Below, in pieces: positions 26,301 through 33,921 of a stretch of 64,000 bases of DNA. This stretch comes from Candidatus Poribacteria bacterium. Its GTDB lineage: Bacteria; Poribacteria; WGA-4E; WGA-3G. Where the stretch lies: assembly GCA_965214045.1 (NCBI GenBank), contig OZ243935.1, positions 2,578,409 through 2,642,408 of the forward strand. The letters are read 5' to 3'. Position numbers and translations under genes: made by a program. Each line of letters starts with the position of its first letter. Positions within the stretch are counted from its first letter, which is position 1. The notes beneath the pieces are model-generated. The model ran no database searches and was not told the DNA's origin. It saw only the letters and a program-made list of their open reading frames with translations.

Positions 26301-26556
26301 CGGGATACGCGGCATAGCCTTCGCAGATTTAGGAGGAGCATGGTCGGATTGGCAATATGGACCGGAGAACCCTTTCAAAATATTTGTTCGCGATGAAAAC
26401 GGTGTTCGCCTTGGCGATGTCAAAGCCGCGATCGGTGCTGGACTTCGCTTGCAACTCGGTGTGTTTTCGGTGGACTTCGCCGCCGCATGGCATACCGATC
26501 TAACCAACGTTGAACCCGGTATGAAATACCACCTCGGACTCGGACAAGCTTTTTAA
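23338..26556 (+). CDS. multidomain outer-membrane protein: HExxH peptidase-like domain + PD40/TolB-type beta-propeller repeats + Omp85 (surface antigen D15) beta-barrel
   Basis: HELIHIFQYD. Repeated ...SPSGD.IAY/...APDGDRIAF/...TPDGTSILF propeller units. C-terminal GGIDTLRGYNYEEL...GIAFADLGGAW...LRLQLGVFSVDFAAAW. The start is uncertain because the first ~50 codons are repeat-derived. Confidence 0.85.
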   Translation: MAKEKVSDVKDGKNRTSLMELEGSQKGLEGWKVGRLGGIHSSILPFFQPSSSTWVGRDVLLLLVVLSLLSPCVAWSQSFGKNKITDQRFDWHIHRTEHFDIHYYPSEAKLVPIMAAIAEEAYEQHSEDFEHELQDRTPLILYKSHKDFQETNIILQELHEGIGGFAELFKHRIVIPFTGSLEAFREVIFHELIHIFQYDIIYQKPHARIYSGEFLYSPPIWFIEGMADYFAEDNDAIGEMVVRDASMNNKIVPLPQLHNFNRLSSPFVGYKLGQLAVAYLTETYGREKIAEILQGLRQSRTKDINHVFREVLGVELEEFDKAWRQTVRKRYWPLVEHRELPDMVSKNLTEESRYSHNIKPVWSPSGDLIAYVTGNDGFLEIVLMSAKTGERIERVTKQFFREKYEEIRTDFGGFGRSLAWAPDGDRIAFIAKHHDANYLLEVNILTEELTQYFELHFDNVTSPDYDGSGERIVFSALKEGQTDLYVIELLTGEVDRLTFDPFNDTHPSWHPRTGEIVYASERGAKNRLVLINLSQGTERILTDGTYNAISPSWTPDGTSILFCSDRQSIYDIHKLEIVEKDSNQQSAVSDQQENLVANGQEPRAEDRSSDSRTVLTAEQAESHDNEEVVSTENGSTEPMGSRPLEVELTRLTNMMTGCFNPSLAPDGKHLLFSAYQNGKYDVCIMESAKTVEEKIGVSSVSEPSVILTEEEEENYRVAKRKYSTRSSFALDAIFPNFSFGADGILRSTVQIVGSDMLGNHRIGVSVMNQSSYLAPDFIAQYGFLTHRTDVGAVIYNYHEYHILGGIQSRRGILQRITGLGAYVNYPFDRYHRLDFEFSMYSKPFSFNFQTREPLDPYDDRGLLTMGSVAFVGDTTMWREWAPYTGSRYRVELEQSFPALGSELSLTNVIFDARRYFGVGRRSTIAARLLLGGSFGGDRSYFYLGGIDTLRGYNYEELVGTRIGLLNLEVRIPFIDVLHFGWPVPWTLGGIRGIAFADLGGAWSDWQYGPENPFKIFVRDENGVRLGDVKAAIGAGLRLQLGVFSVDFAAAWHTDLTNVEPGMKYHLGLGQAF
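23421..23483. repeat. octamer palindromic array
   Basis: GGAAGGTT GGAAAGTT GGAAGATT GGGGGG CATC CCATTCTT CCATTCTT CCATTCTT CCAACC. Confidence 0.8.
25084..25190. repeat. HPE copy embedded in frame inside the Omp85-family CDS
   Basis: AATCAGC AGTCAGC AGTCAGC GATCAGC, then core AAGAAAACCTCGTTGCTAATGGTC..., then CTGATAG CCGAACA GTTCTCA. It is translated as NQQSAVSDQQENLVANGQEPRAEDRSSDSRTVLT. Confidence 0.7.
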
Positions 26557-26558
26557 GA

Positions 26559-26586
26559 GTTGTCAATTATCAGTTGTCAGTTAACA
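26559..26586. repeat. heptamer array GTTGTCA ATTATCA GTTGTCA GTTAACA
   Basis: It starts 3 nt after the stop of the OM protein gene and is followed by Box A. Confidence 0.8.
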
Positions 26587-26599
26587 TTACACCAAAATC

Positions 26600-26687
26600 G
26601 TAGCCTGCAACAACGGCGCAGGCGGATATGAGGAAGGCACGTTAACGTTCAAACGCATGTCATTCCTCCGCAAGGAATAATTAAAAT
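26600..26687 (+). promoter_or_regulatory. Box A + Box B leader module (copy 3)
   Basis: GTAGCCTGCAACAACGGCGCAGGCGGATATGAGGAAGGCACGTTAACG ... CCTCCGCAAGGAATAATTAAAAT followed by ATG 26688. Confidence 0.6.
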
Positions 26688-29600
26688 ATGGATTCACGAA
26701 CCAAACGCTTTATTATTACTATCACCGTACTCGCGGTTATTGGCGGATTAGGTGCCATTTGGGTTAGTCTTTATCCCGACTTCCTATGGTTTAAGGTGGT
26801 AGACTACTTCAGCGTTTACACTAAAATTCTCACAACAAAAATCTTCGTTGGTGTGATTGTTGGGGTGTGCTATTTGGCAATCCTCCTGACGAACATCGCC
26901 CTGATTTATCGATTCACGCCAGCGCATCTGAGTCCTGCTTTTATGGGTGGCGCAGATTTCATGGGCGGTGCCACAGACAACCCGGGTGATACGCGAAAAC
27001 TGATTTATGGTGGACTTACACTACTCGCGGTCCTTTTTAGCGTCATGATGGGCTATGCCGCCAGTGATCGGTGGGAAGTCTATCTACGCTACACCAATGC
27101 CGAGAATCTCGCTTTCCGTGCCGCCACCCCTATTATTGTGGAAGAAAGCCTCAATTCTGCCGAGATTCCTGTCTCTCAACTCGAACTCCAAGCGAAAAAT
27201 ATAAGAGTCGGGGATCAGATAAGCGTCCAGGTGAATGGAACAAATCAAGACGCGCGGGTTGAAGCAATTTTGGACCGCGGTGATGTGGGGGCCATCCGTT
27301 TGAATACGCCTGTTCAGATAGAACCGGGGCAGAAAGCGTTCTTCACGTCTCCTGCCCGCGATCCTATCTTTGATAAGGATGTCGCCTACTACGTCTTCAG
27401 GATGCCAGCAGAACGTTATGTTTGTGGGACGCTTTTCGGTATCTTTATGTTAGTGACGATATTTGCAGTCGTCGTCTACTTTTTTCACGGGCTAATCACG
27501 GGCGATACCAGCCAGTTTCGGTTCCGTCCACCTTTCAACGTGAAAGCGCATTTGTTCACGCTTGTCGGTTTAACACTCCTATTCCGAGCATGGAACTACC
27601 GCTTTGCTATGTTTGACCTGCTTTACACGACAAACGATGTCGTCCGCGGTGGTGGTGGATATGCCGCAATGAAAGCACGACTCCCTATATTGTACTTCTT
27701 GATTGGACTTACAATTCTGTGTGCTCTCATTTTCATCATTTCTATCTTCCTCCAACGCAACACACTCGCTTTTGGTGGATTTGCTGTGTTTCTAATTGCT
27801 GGATTTCTTGGACAAGTCTATCCGGTCGCTATACAAAGATGGCAGGTTGAACCCAGAAAACAGGTATTAGAGGCGGACTATATCAACTACAACATCACAG
27901 CGACGCTTCAAGCTTATGGTTTGGCTGAGAACACTGTGACGGAAGAAGAATATCCGCTGACAGAACAACTCAGTTATGATGACATAAGAAGTCCCGAAAA
28001 CGCTTCTGTTTTCAATAGTATTCGTCTCTGGGATTGGCGACCCTTGCGCAGAACTTTCCGTCAACTCCAAGAATTGCGGACACAATATGATTTCAACGAT
28101 GTCGATATCGATCGCTATGTCGTTGATGGTGAAATTCGTCAGGTCATGCTCTCTGGACGAGAACTCAATATCAATGAGCTGCCTGCCGAGATCAGAAACG
28201 ACTGGTATAAGCAGACCTATACCTACACGCACGGATACGGTGCCGTTGTGAGTCCCGTTAACGAAATTGAGAACGGCAAACCTAACATGTATATTCAGGG
28301 ATTGCCACCTATTGATTATAGTGAGCAGTGGCAGCACCGGTTTAGTGAAATACCGGGACCCCGTATCTATTATGGTGAACGCACAGATCGCTACGTTATC
28401 GTGCATCCAGAACGGAGCCAAGGACTTGAGTTTGACTATCCGCAGGAGGGACAACAATACGCCGAATATGCATATCAAGGAAAGGGTGGCGTACAACTGA
28501 ACTCTTTCTGGCGGAAAATGGTGTATATGCTTAAATTCGATAACGAAATTAACTTCGTGCTACCCGGTGAAATTTCATCGACAAGCCGAATCCTCTACGA
28601 ACGGAATATCAAAAATCGGATCCAAAAAATCGCACCGTTCTTACGGTACGACGGGGATCCTTACATCATTCTCCATAATGGCAGATTGGTTTGGATGATT
28701 GATGCCTATACCATCACACATCGGTATCCTTATTCTGTTTCAATGCGAGAGTTCGTCAGCGAGAGAAGACGGCAGATCGCAAATGCACAGCGAGACAATG
28801 AGCCGTGGGGAAACTACATCCGAAATTCTGTTAAAGTCGTTGTGGATGCTTACGACGGCACTGTCGATTTTTACGTTATGGAACGAGAACAGGATCCGAT
28901 CGCCGAATGTTACCGAAAGATTTTCCCCAGCCTGTTCAAGCCGTTTGAGGAGATGCCGGAAGAACTCAAGGCGCATATCCGGTACCCGACATCCATGTTC
29001 CTTATCCAAGCCCGGGTCTATCGGGATTATCACATGAAAGATCCGGTGACCTTTTACGCAGGGGAAGATAAATGGGAGATCGGCAGAGAACTCTATGATA
29101 ATACGGATGCCCAAACGCGACAGGCTTCTGCGCCTCCGCAACCCAGAAGTCCTTTTGCCCCGCAGCAAGTCCCCCAAAATTCCGGTGCAAATGGACAACC
29201 GGTTGAACCCTATTATGTGGTCATCAGACTACCCGGACAGGAACAATCGGAATTCATGTTGATGTTGCCTTTCACACCGCTCAACAAACCGAATCTTACG
29301 GCTTGGCTCGCTGCCCGATGTGATTTGCCCCAATATGGGCAACTCCTCGTTTACCGATTCCCGAAAGGCAAGCAGATCGCGGGACCGATGCAGGTGGAGA
29401 ACTTTATTAGCCAAGAACCGGAGATTTCACAGCAGATTAGTCTCTGGAATACGCAGGGGTCCCGTGTCTTACGCGGAAACCTGTTGATTCTGCCGGTGAA
29501 CAACTCGCTACTCTATGTTGAGCCCATCTATATACAATCCGAGGATGAAAAAACCGCTATTCCCGAATTAAGGCGGGTCGTCATCGGATATGGGAACGAA

Positions 29601-29879
29601 GTCGTATGGGGTGAAAGTCTTGAGGAGGCACTCGTCAAGATGTTCGGACGGGGAACAGGGGGCCAGACCACCGCTGCGACAATGGCAACTGATGACATTG
29701 GTGCTGCTGATACTGAGTTTTTAGAAGGGGTTTCTAACCCCGATTCCGTACAAGGACTCATTGAACAAGCAAACCGCTATTTCAATGAAGGACAGGATGC
29801 ACTACGCGCCGGGAATTGGACGGAATATGGGCGGTATCAGCGACTTTTAAAGGAAACTTTACGGCAACTTACGCAATAA
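26688..29879 (+). CDS. UPF0182 family membrane protein
   Basis: 1063 aa with multiple N-terminal TM segments. C-terminal LWNTQGSRVLRGNLLILPVNNSLLYVEPIYIQ is characteristic of UPF0182. Confidence 0.85.
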   Translation: MDSRTKRFIITITVLAVIGGLGAIWVSLYPDFLWFKVVDYFSVYTKILTTKIFVGVIVGVCYLAILLTNIALIYRFTPAHLSPAFMGGADFMGGATDNPGDTRKLIYGGLTLLAVLFSVMMGYAASDRWEVYLRYTNAENLAFRAATPIIVEESLNSAEIPVSQLELQAKNIRVGDQISVQVNGTNQDARVEAILDRGDVGAIRLNTPVQIEPGQKAFFTSPARDPIFDKDVAYYVFRMPAERYVCGTLFGIFMLVTIFAVVVYFFHGLITGDTSQFRFRPPFNVKAHLFTLVGLTLLFRAWNYRFAMFDLLYTTNDVVRGGGGYAAMKARLPILYFLIGLTILCALIFIISIFLQRNTLAFGGFAVFLIAGFLGQVYPVAIQRWQVEPRKQVLEADYINYNITATLQAYGLAENTVTEEEYPLTEQLSYDDIRSPENASVFNSIRLWDWRPLRRTFRQLQELRTQYDFNDVDIDRYVVDGEIRQVMLSGRELNINELPAEIRNDWYKQTYTYTHGYGAVVSPVNEIENGKPNMYIQGLPPIDYSEQWQHRFSEIPGPRIYYGERTDRYVIVHPERSQGLEFDYPQEGQQYAEYAYQGKGGVQLNSFWRKMVYMLKFDNEINFVLPGEISSTSRILYERNIKNRIQKIAPFLRYDGDPYIILHNGRLVWMIDAYTITHRYPYSVSMREFVSERRRQIANAQRDNEPWGNYIRNSVKVVVDAYDGTVDFYVMEREQDPIAECYRKIFPSLFKPFEEMPEELKAHIRYPTSMFLIQARVYRDYHMKDPVTFYAGEDKWEIGRELYDNTDAQTRQASAPPQPRSPFAPQQVPQNSGANGQPVEPYYVVIRLPGQEQSEFMLMLPFTPLNKPNLTAWLAARCDLPQYGQLLVYRFPKGKQIAGPMQVENFISQEPEISQQISLWNTQGSRVLRGNLLILPVNNSLLYVEPIYIQSEDEKTAIPELRRVVIGYGNEVVWGESLEEALVKMFGRGTGGQTTAATMATDDIGAADTEFLEGVSNPDSVQGLIEQANRYFNEGQDALRAGNWTEYGRYQRLLKETLRQLTQ

Positions 29880-29880
29880 C

Positions 29881-29985
29881 CATCAGCCATCAGCGGTCAG
29901 CCATCGGCAAGAAACCTATTTACTGGCGGTTTCCGATAGGTGCCAACCATTTCCGCTGTAAGCTGACTGCCGATAGCCGACGGCT
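29881..29985. repeat. heptamer palindromic element (HPE)
   Basis: Left arm CATCAGC CATCAGC GGTCAGC CATCGGC. Core AAGAAACCTATTTACTGGCGG... Right arm GCTGACT GCCGATA GCCGACG GCT. The arms are about 14/17 complementary. Confidence 0.8.
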
Positions 29986-30011
29986 AATAACTATTAAAGG
30001 AGGTGATACAG

Positions 30012-30257
30012 ATGGCTCTCGATTGGAAACCACGGCACCGGGATATGATTATTGGGGATATCCCATGGTTAGCCAGAATCAGTGATAAAGCTAATGCAAA
30101 ACTGCAGGGCATCCTCGGCGAATATATCTACCCGTGACCGCAAGATAAGTCGTTCCTGGAGGAACACGAGATAAGTGCTGAGAAATTCACTGATATGGTG
30201 AAAAATAATCCCTCAGACGAAGAAATGATTGCCGCTATGAAGAAATTGGATAGTTAG
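30012..30257 (+). CDS. candidate selenoprotein, DUF5069-like small protein (81 codons; UGA at codon 42 read as Sec)
   Basis: Not in the ORF track because both halves are under 60 aa. AGGAGGTGA SD 5 nt before the ATG. Sequence MALDWKPRHRDMIIGDIPWLARISDKANAKLQGILGEYIYP-U-PQDKSFLEEHEISAEKFTDMVKNNPSDEEMIAAMKKLDS. U falls where DUF5069 proteins, as I recall them, have the Cys of GEY.Y.CP.D. Confidence 0.55.
30152..30165 (+). promoter_or_regulatory. SECIS-like hairpin downstream of UGA 30135
   Basis: GTTCC-TGGA-GGAAC, extendable by C51:G68 and T50:A69 with a 2-nt bulge. The loop G residues lie 23-24 nt after the U of UGA. Confidence 0.4.
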
Positions 30258-30263
30258 TTTAAT

Positions 30264-30395
30264 AGGGCTTACGCACTTCCCTGGTAGGTGCGGAATGTAA
30301 TACGAGGAATGGATTTGGTCTATTCCCAGACCAAATCCCCCAACCGCACCGAATGCGTCCAAATAGATGAAATTTACTGATTTTGCGTAAGTCCT
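30264..30395. mobile_element. MITE-B copy 1 (132 bp)
   Basis: Terminal inverted repeat AGG(G/A)CTTACGCA...TGCGTAAGTCCT. Flanking direct repeat GTTTAAT(AG). Three mismatches to the copy at 61111-61242. Nested inverted repeats GGTGCGG/CCGCACC and GGATTTGGTCT/AGACCAAATCC. Confidence 0.8.
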
Positions 30396-30402
30396 GTTTA
30401 AT

Positions 30403-30461
30403 AGCAGTCAGTGGTCAGCGATTAGCAAACCCCGCTTTGCTGCTGGCAGCTGACTGCCATT
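30403..30461. repeat. heptamer palindromic element (short core)
   Basis: AGCAGTC AGTGGTC AGCGATT AGC - AAACCCCGCTTT - GCTGCTGGCAGCTGACTGCCATT. Confidence 0.75.
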
Positions 30462-30557
30462 AACACTGGAATCTATTTTGGCGGGTTAAAATGTAGGAGC
30501 GACCTGTAGTTCGCGTCGAACACGGAAACCTTTATTGCACAGATCGTGATACTTATC

Positions 30558-30597
30558 CGTAAGGTAAAATTAAAAAACCGCAAGGAAAGTCTAAAAA
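30558..30597 (+). promoter_or_regulatory. tandem Box B half-copies upstream of pheA
   Basis: CCGTAAGGTAAAATTAAAAAA + CCGCAAGGAAAGTCTAAAAA followed by TTG 30598. Confidence 0.5.
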
Positions 30598-31665
30598 TTG
30601 GATTTAACAAAGTACCGAGACCAAATCAACGAGATTGACGACCAAATTTTGGCACTGCTACAGAAACGGGCTGAGATTTCCAAGCAGGTCGGTACGGTGA
30701 AAGCAGAAACCGGTGTTGCAGAGGTCTATGTTCCGCATCGGCAGAAGCAGATTATTGAACGTTTGAAGCAACGAAATCACGGTGAGTTCCCTGAAGTTGC
30801 GCTTGAGGCGATCTGGACCGAGATTTTATCTGCGTCCCGATCCTTGCAGGATCCAGAGCGAGTCGCTTTCCTCGGACCGGTTGGCAGTTTCGGGCACCAG
30901 GCGGCACTATCTCATTTCGGTGTGTCAACTGAGTTCATCCCCGTTCGCCCACAGACCGACATTTTTACTGAGGTTGAATCTGGTAGAGCGGACTACGGTG
31001 TGGTGGCTGTTGAAAATTCTGCACAAGGCACTGTGCGTGATGTTTTGGAACGTTTCCAACGCACACCGTTGTGGATTTGCGCGGAGACATTCCAACCGAT
31101 AAAACAGCATCTTTTATCAAGGTCATCGCTCACGGAAATTCGGTGTGTCTACTCACACCCGCAACCTTTCGCGCAATGTAAGATATGGCTAAGGCGAAAT
31201 CTGAGTGATGCTGAGCAGGTTGAGGTTATTAGTACGTCTGAGGCGGCAGAACGCGCTGCACAAGAGCCGTCAGCAGCTGCCATTGCAAGTGAACTTGCGA
31301 GTGAAATTTATCGGGTTCCAATCGTTGCAAACTCCATTATGGATGAACCTGATAACACAACCCGTTTCTTCGTGATCGGAAAGCGCATCCCAGAACCGAG
31401 CGGGCACGATCGGACTTCGCTGTTTTTCGCAATTCCGGACACGGTTGGCGCATTACACCAAGCCTTGGGTATTTTAGAGGTGGCGCAATTAAATCTGAAT
31501 TATTTAGAATCTTTGCCGTCGCGAGTCAAACCGTGGGAATATATCTTCTTTACTGAGATGGAGGGGCATATTGCCGACGAACGCGTCATCGTGGCACTTG
31601 AGCAACTTGAAGAATTGTGTCGGAGCGTCAATGTCCTCGGATCCTATCCACGCGGGACTTTTTAA
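30598..31665 (+). CDS. pheA: bifunctional chorismate mutase / prephenate dehydratase (P-protein)
   Basis: CM domain INEIDDQILALLQKRAEIS. PDT domain VAFLGPVGSFGHQAA and NTTRFFVIG. ACT domain TSLFFAIPDTVGALHQAL. TTG start. Confidence 0.9.
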   Translation: MDLTKYRDQINEIDDQILALLQKRAEISKQVGTVKAETGVAEVYVPHRQKQIIERLKQRNHGEFPEVALEAIWTEILSASRSLQDPERVAFLGPVGSFGHQAALSHFGVSTEFIPVRPQTDIFTEVESGRADYGVVAVENSAQGTVRDVLERFQRTPLWICAETFQPIKQHLLSRSSLTEIRCVYSHPQPFAQCKIWLRRNLSDAEQVEVISTSEAAERAAQEPSAAAIASELASEIYRVPIVANSIMDEPDNTTRFFVIGKRIPEPSGHDRTSLFFAIPDTVGALHQALGILEVAQLNLNYLESLPSRVKPWEYIFFTEMEGHIADERVIVALEQLEELCRSVNVLGSYPRGTF

Positions 31666-31682
31666 TTATACCTTGCAGAGGA
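31658..31682 (-). promoter_or_regulatory. orphan antisense Box B overlapping the pheA stop codon
   Basis: Minus-strand reading CCTCTGCAAGGTATAATTAAAAAG. No minus-strand ORF follows it. Confidence 0.4.
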
Positions 31683-31817
31683 ATAACGTCCGTTTCAACT
31701 ATCAAGGGCGTTCCTTAAACCTGCAGAAACACCCAAGCAAAAACCCTGTGCCATTGTTGCAGGCTGCTGATTTGCGTAGAAAAATAAAGATAAAACGAAA
31801 CAGTAGTCCGTAACGTA

Positions 31818-33035
31818 GTGGAGGGCGGCTCTACGGAGAGGCACTTGAAAATCCAGACCCACCTCACCGAACCGCAAGGAAAAATTAAAAAACAAATTCA
31901 TGCGCGCGCAAACGAACTGGGATTTGAACTTGTCGGAATCACACCCGCCGCGCAGAGTGAAACGATTGAACGGTATCGGCGGTGGATAGAAAGCGGGTAC
32001 GCTGGGAAGATGAACTATCTTGAAAAGCATCTTTCCCTTAAGACAGATGTCCGTCGGCTTCTGGCAGAAGCGAAATCTGTTATCAGTCTCGCGATGAATT
32101 ATTATACGCTTGATCCACCGAAGGCACTCGCAGAGGATCCGGGACGCGGACAAATCTCCCGCTACGCGTGGGGTGATGATTATCACGAACTTATTCGTGA
32201 ACGCCTTTTGGAACTCGTCACTTTTATTAAGCAGACCGCTGAAAGCGAATTGAAAACCCGTGTATGTGTTGATACCGCGCCTATTATTGAAAGGGAGTAC
32301 GCACAGAGAGCAGGTATCGGATGGATCGGTAAAAATACGAACTTGATTCATTGGCGTTCCGGTTCTTGGTATTTTCTCGCGGAGGTACTCGTCAGTGTCG
32401 CATTGGAATCCGACACACCGGATCTTCGTGGGAGTTGTGGCACTTGCACACGTTGTATTGAAGCGTGTCCGACAGACGCAATTATTGAACCGAATCTGCT
32501 TGACTCCCGGCTTTGTATTTCTTATCTGACAATCGAGTTAAAGGAGAGCATACCGAAGGCACTTCGTCCCAAGATCGGTAACTTAATTTTTGGCTGCGAC
32601 ATCTGCCAAGAGGTCTGTCCGTGGAATAGTAAAGCCGTCCCAACGATCGAACCTGCGTTCCAGCCGCGCGATGGGAACCTCGCACCTGAGTTGCTTTCGC
32701 TTGTTGGAATGACGCAGCAGGAGTTTAGCCAACAATTCAAAGGGAGTCCAGTCAAACGCGCGAAACGTCGAGGATTTTTGCGGAATGTGCTCGTTGCGAT
32801 CGGTAATTGGCGGGCGAGACGTGCTGTTCCTGCACTTGAAGGGGCATTAGCGGACCATGAACCTTTAGTTCGGGGACATGCCGCTTGGGCATTGGGAAGG
32901 ATCGGAGGCGAAGCCGCTAAGCGAATATTGCAAACGCGACTCACAGTTGAAACGGATCAGGATGTTATCATTGAAATTCAAGACGCGCTCTTAGAAACAG
33001 AGCGATTATCACGGAGAGAGGAAAAAAATGCGTGA
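31818..33035 (+). CDS. queG: epoxyqueuosine reductase
   Basis: CGTCTRCIEACPTDAI and CDICQEVCPWN ferredoxin motifs, and HEAT-like HEPLVRGHAAWALGRIG. The start is uncertain: Box B (31862-31892) lies inside the called ORF. Confidence 0.9.
   Translation: MEGGSTERHLKIQTHLTEPQGKIKKQIHARANELGFELVGITPAAQSETIERYRRWIESGYAGKMNYLEKHLSLKTDVRRLLAEAKSVISLAMNYYTLDPPKALAEDPGRGQISRYAWGDDYHELIRERLLELVTFIKQTAESELKTRVCVDTAPIIEREYAQRAGIGWIGKNTNLIHWRSGSWYFLAEVLVSVALESDTPDLRGSCGTCTRCIEACPTDAIIEPNLLDSRLCISYLTIELKESIPKALRPKIGNLIFGCDICQEVCPWNSKAVPTIEPAFQPRDGNLAPELLSLVGMTQQEFSQQFKGSPVKRAKRRGFLRNVLVAIGNWRARRAVPALEGALADHEPLVRGHAAWALGRIGGEAAKRILQTRLTVETDQDVIIEIQDALLETERLSRREEKNA
31862..31892 (+). promoter_or_regulatory. 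Box B copy inside the annotated 5' end of queG
   Basis: CCTCACCGAACCGCAAGGAAAAATTAAAAAA, followed by CAA ATT (in-frame ATT at 31896) rather than ATG. Confidence 0.45.
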
Positions 33036-33645
33036 AGCAACTGGATATCAAATCCTGGCACCTGGTGCTGGCACAAATGGACTCGCATGGCACGAAACAT
33101 CACTCTGGAGTGTTGAAGGGGTTGGGCCTATCCACAAAATCAACCCTGAAACCAGCGAGGTTGAACTGACGCTTACGCCTTCTTATCCCGGTGCCGCCGG
33201 TATAGAATGGGCTGGTGAGTATCTCTGGTATAATAGTATATGGCAACAAACCTTTTACAAACTCACGATTCCTGAATTGGAAGTCGTTACGACTTTCCGA
33301 TCACCCGGAGAAGGACCGCACGGGTTGGCTTATGATGGGGAACACCTCTGGAGCGTTGACATGAACACGAGTCGGTTCATCAAACAGTGTCCAGAAACTG
33401 GCGAAATCCTTGCTGAACTTCAGACCCCTGGTGGTCGCGCACATGGGCTGGCATGGGATGGAGAGGCACTTTGGAACGCCGATACAAACGACCATATCGT
33501 TTACCGAATTCATCCCGAATCAGGTGAGGTGCTCAATAGCATCGCATGCCCAAGTGAACCGCATGGGCTTACGTGGGATGGCACGGCGTTGTGGTACGGC
33601 GAAGATAAAGCAAAAAAGATTTATCGGCTCAACATATCGGACTAA
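33028..33645 (+). CDS. beta-propeller repeat protein (glutamine-cyclotransferase-like repeats)
   Basis: Overlaps queG by 8 nt. Repeated G(L/I)(A/T/E)W(D/H)...LW units (GLAWHETSLW, GIEWAGEYLW, GLAYDGEHLW, GLAWDGEALW, GLTWDGTALW). Confidence 0.7.
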   Translation: MREATGYQILAPGAGTNGLAWHETSLWSVEGVGPIHKINPETSEVELTLTPSYPGAAGIEWAGEYLWYNSIWQQTFYKLTIPELEVVTTFRSPGEGPHGLAYDGEHLWSVDMNTSRFIKQCPETGEILAELQTPGGRAHGLAWDGEALWNADTNDHIVYRIHPESGEVLNSIACPSEPHGLTWDGTALWYGEDKAKKIYRLNISD

Positions 33646-33714
33646 CGTTGACCGACGGTTCTGTTCACTATGGTAAACCAGAAAAATAAGCAGACATTCT
33701 CCCCTCCCCGGGTA

Positions 33715-33735
33715 GGCGAGGTTTCTAACCTCGCC
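33715..33735. repeat. REP-like hairpin GGCGAGG-TTTCTAA-CCTCGCC (copy 2)
   Basis: Identical to 11214-11234. Confidence 0.7.
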
Positions 33736-33921
33736 GATTTAGATTTTAGATTAAAATTCAGATTTTTGCGGTTTTTCTGAAATTATGCACCTTTTTCGTC
33801 TACAAGTCGTGTCACTCATTAAACAAGGAAAACGTTACCAATCAAGAAAAATTACTTCAACTCATGCCTGTTTTTGTCGGTTCAGCGCATCAGGTAATGT
33901 TCAACAGCGAGGGAAAGAGAA

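Noticed and set aside
27867-28496. 209-aa minus-strand ORF inside the UPF0182 gene
   Set aside because: It is antisense to a 1063-aa CDS with family-typical motifs.
29816-30085. 89-aa ORF from the track spanning the end of the UPF0182 gene, a heptamer element and the start of the hidden small gene
   Set aside because: Most of it is the translated repeat element (SHQRSAIGKK...KLTADSRRL). It is out of frame with the SD-led ATG at 30012, which gives a family-like protein.
31695-32351. 218-aa minus-strand ORF overlapping queG
   Set aside because: The queG frame carries unambiguous 4Fe-4S and HEAT motifs, while the antisense ORF has none.
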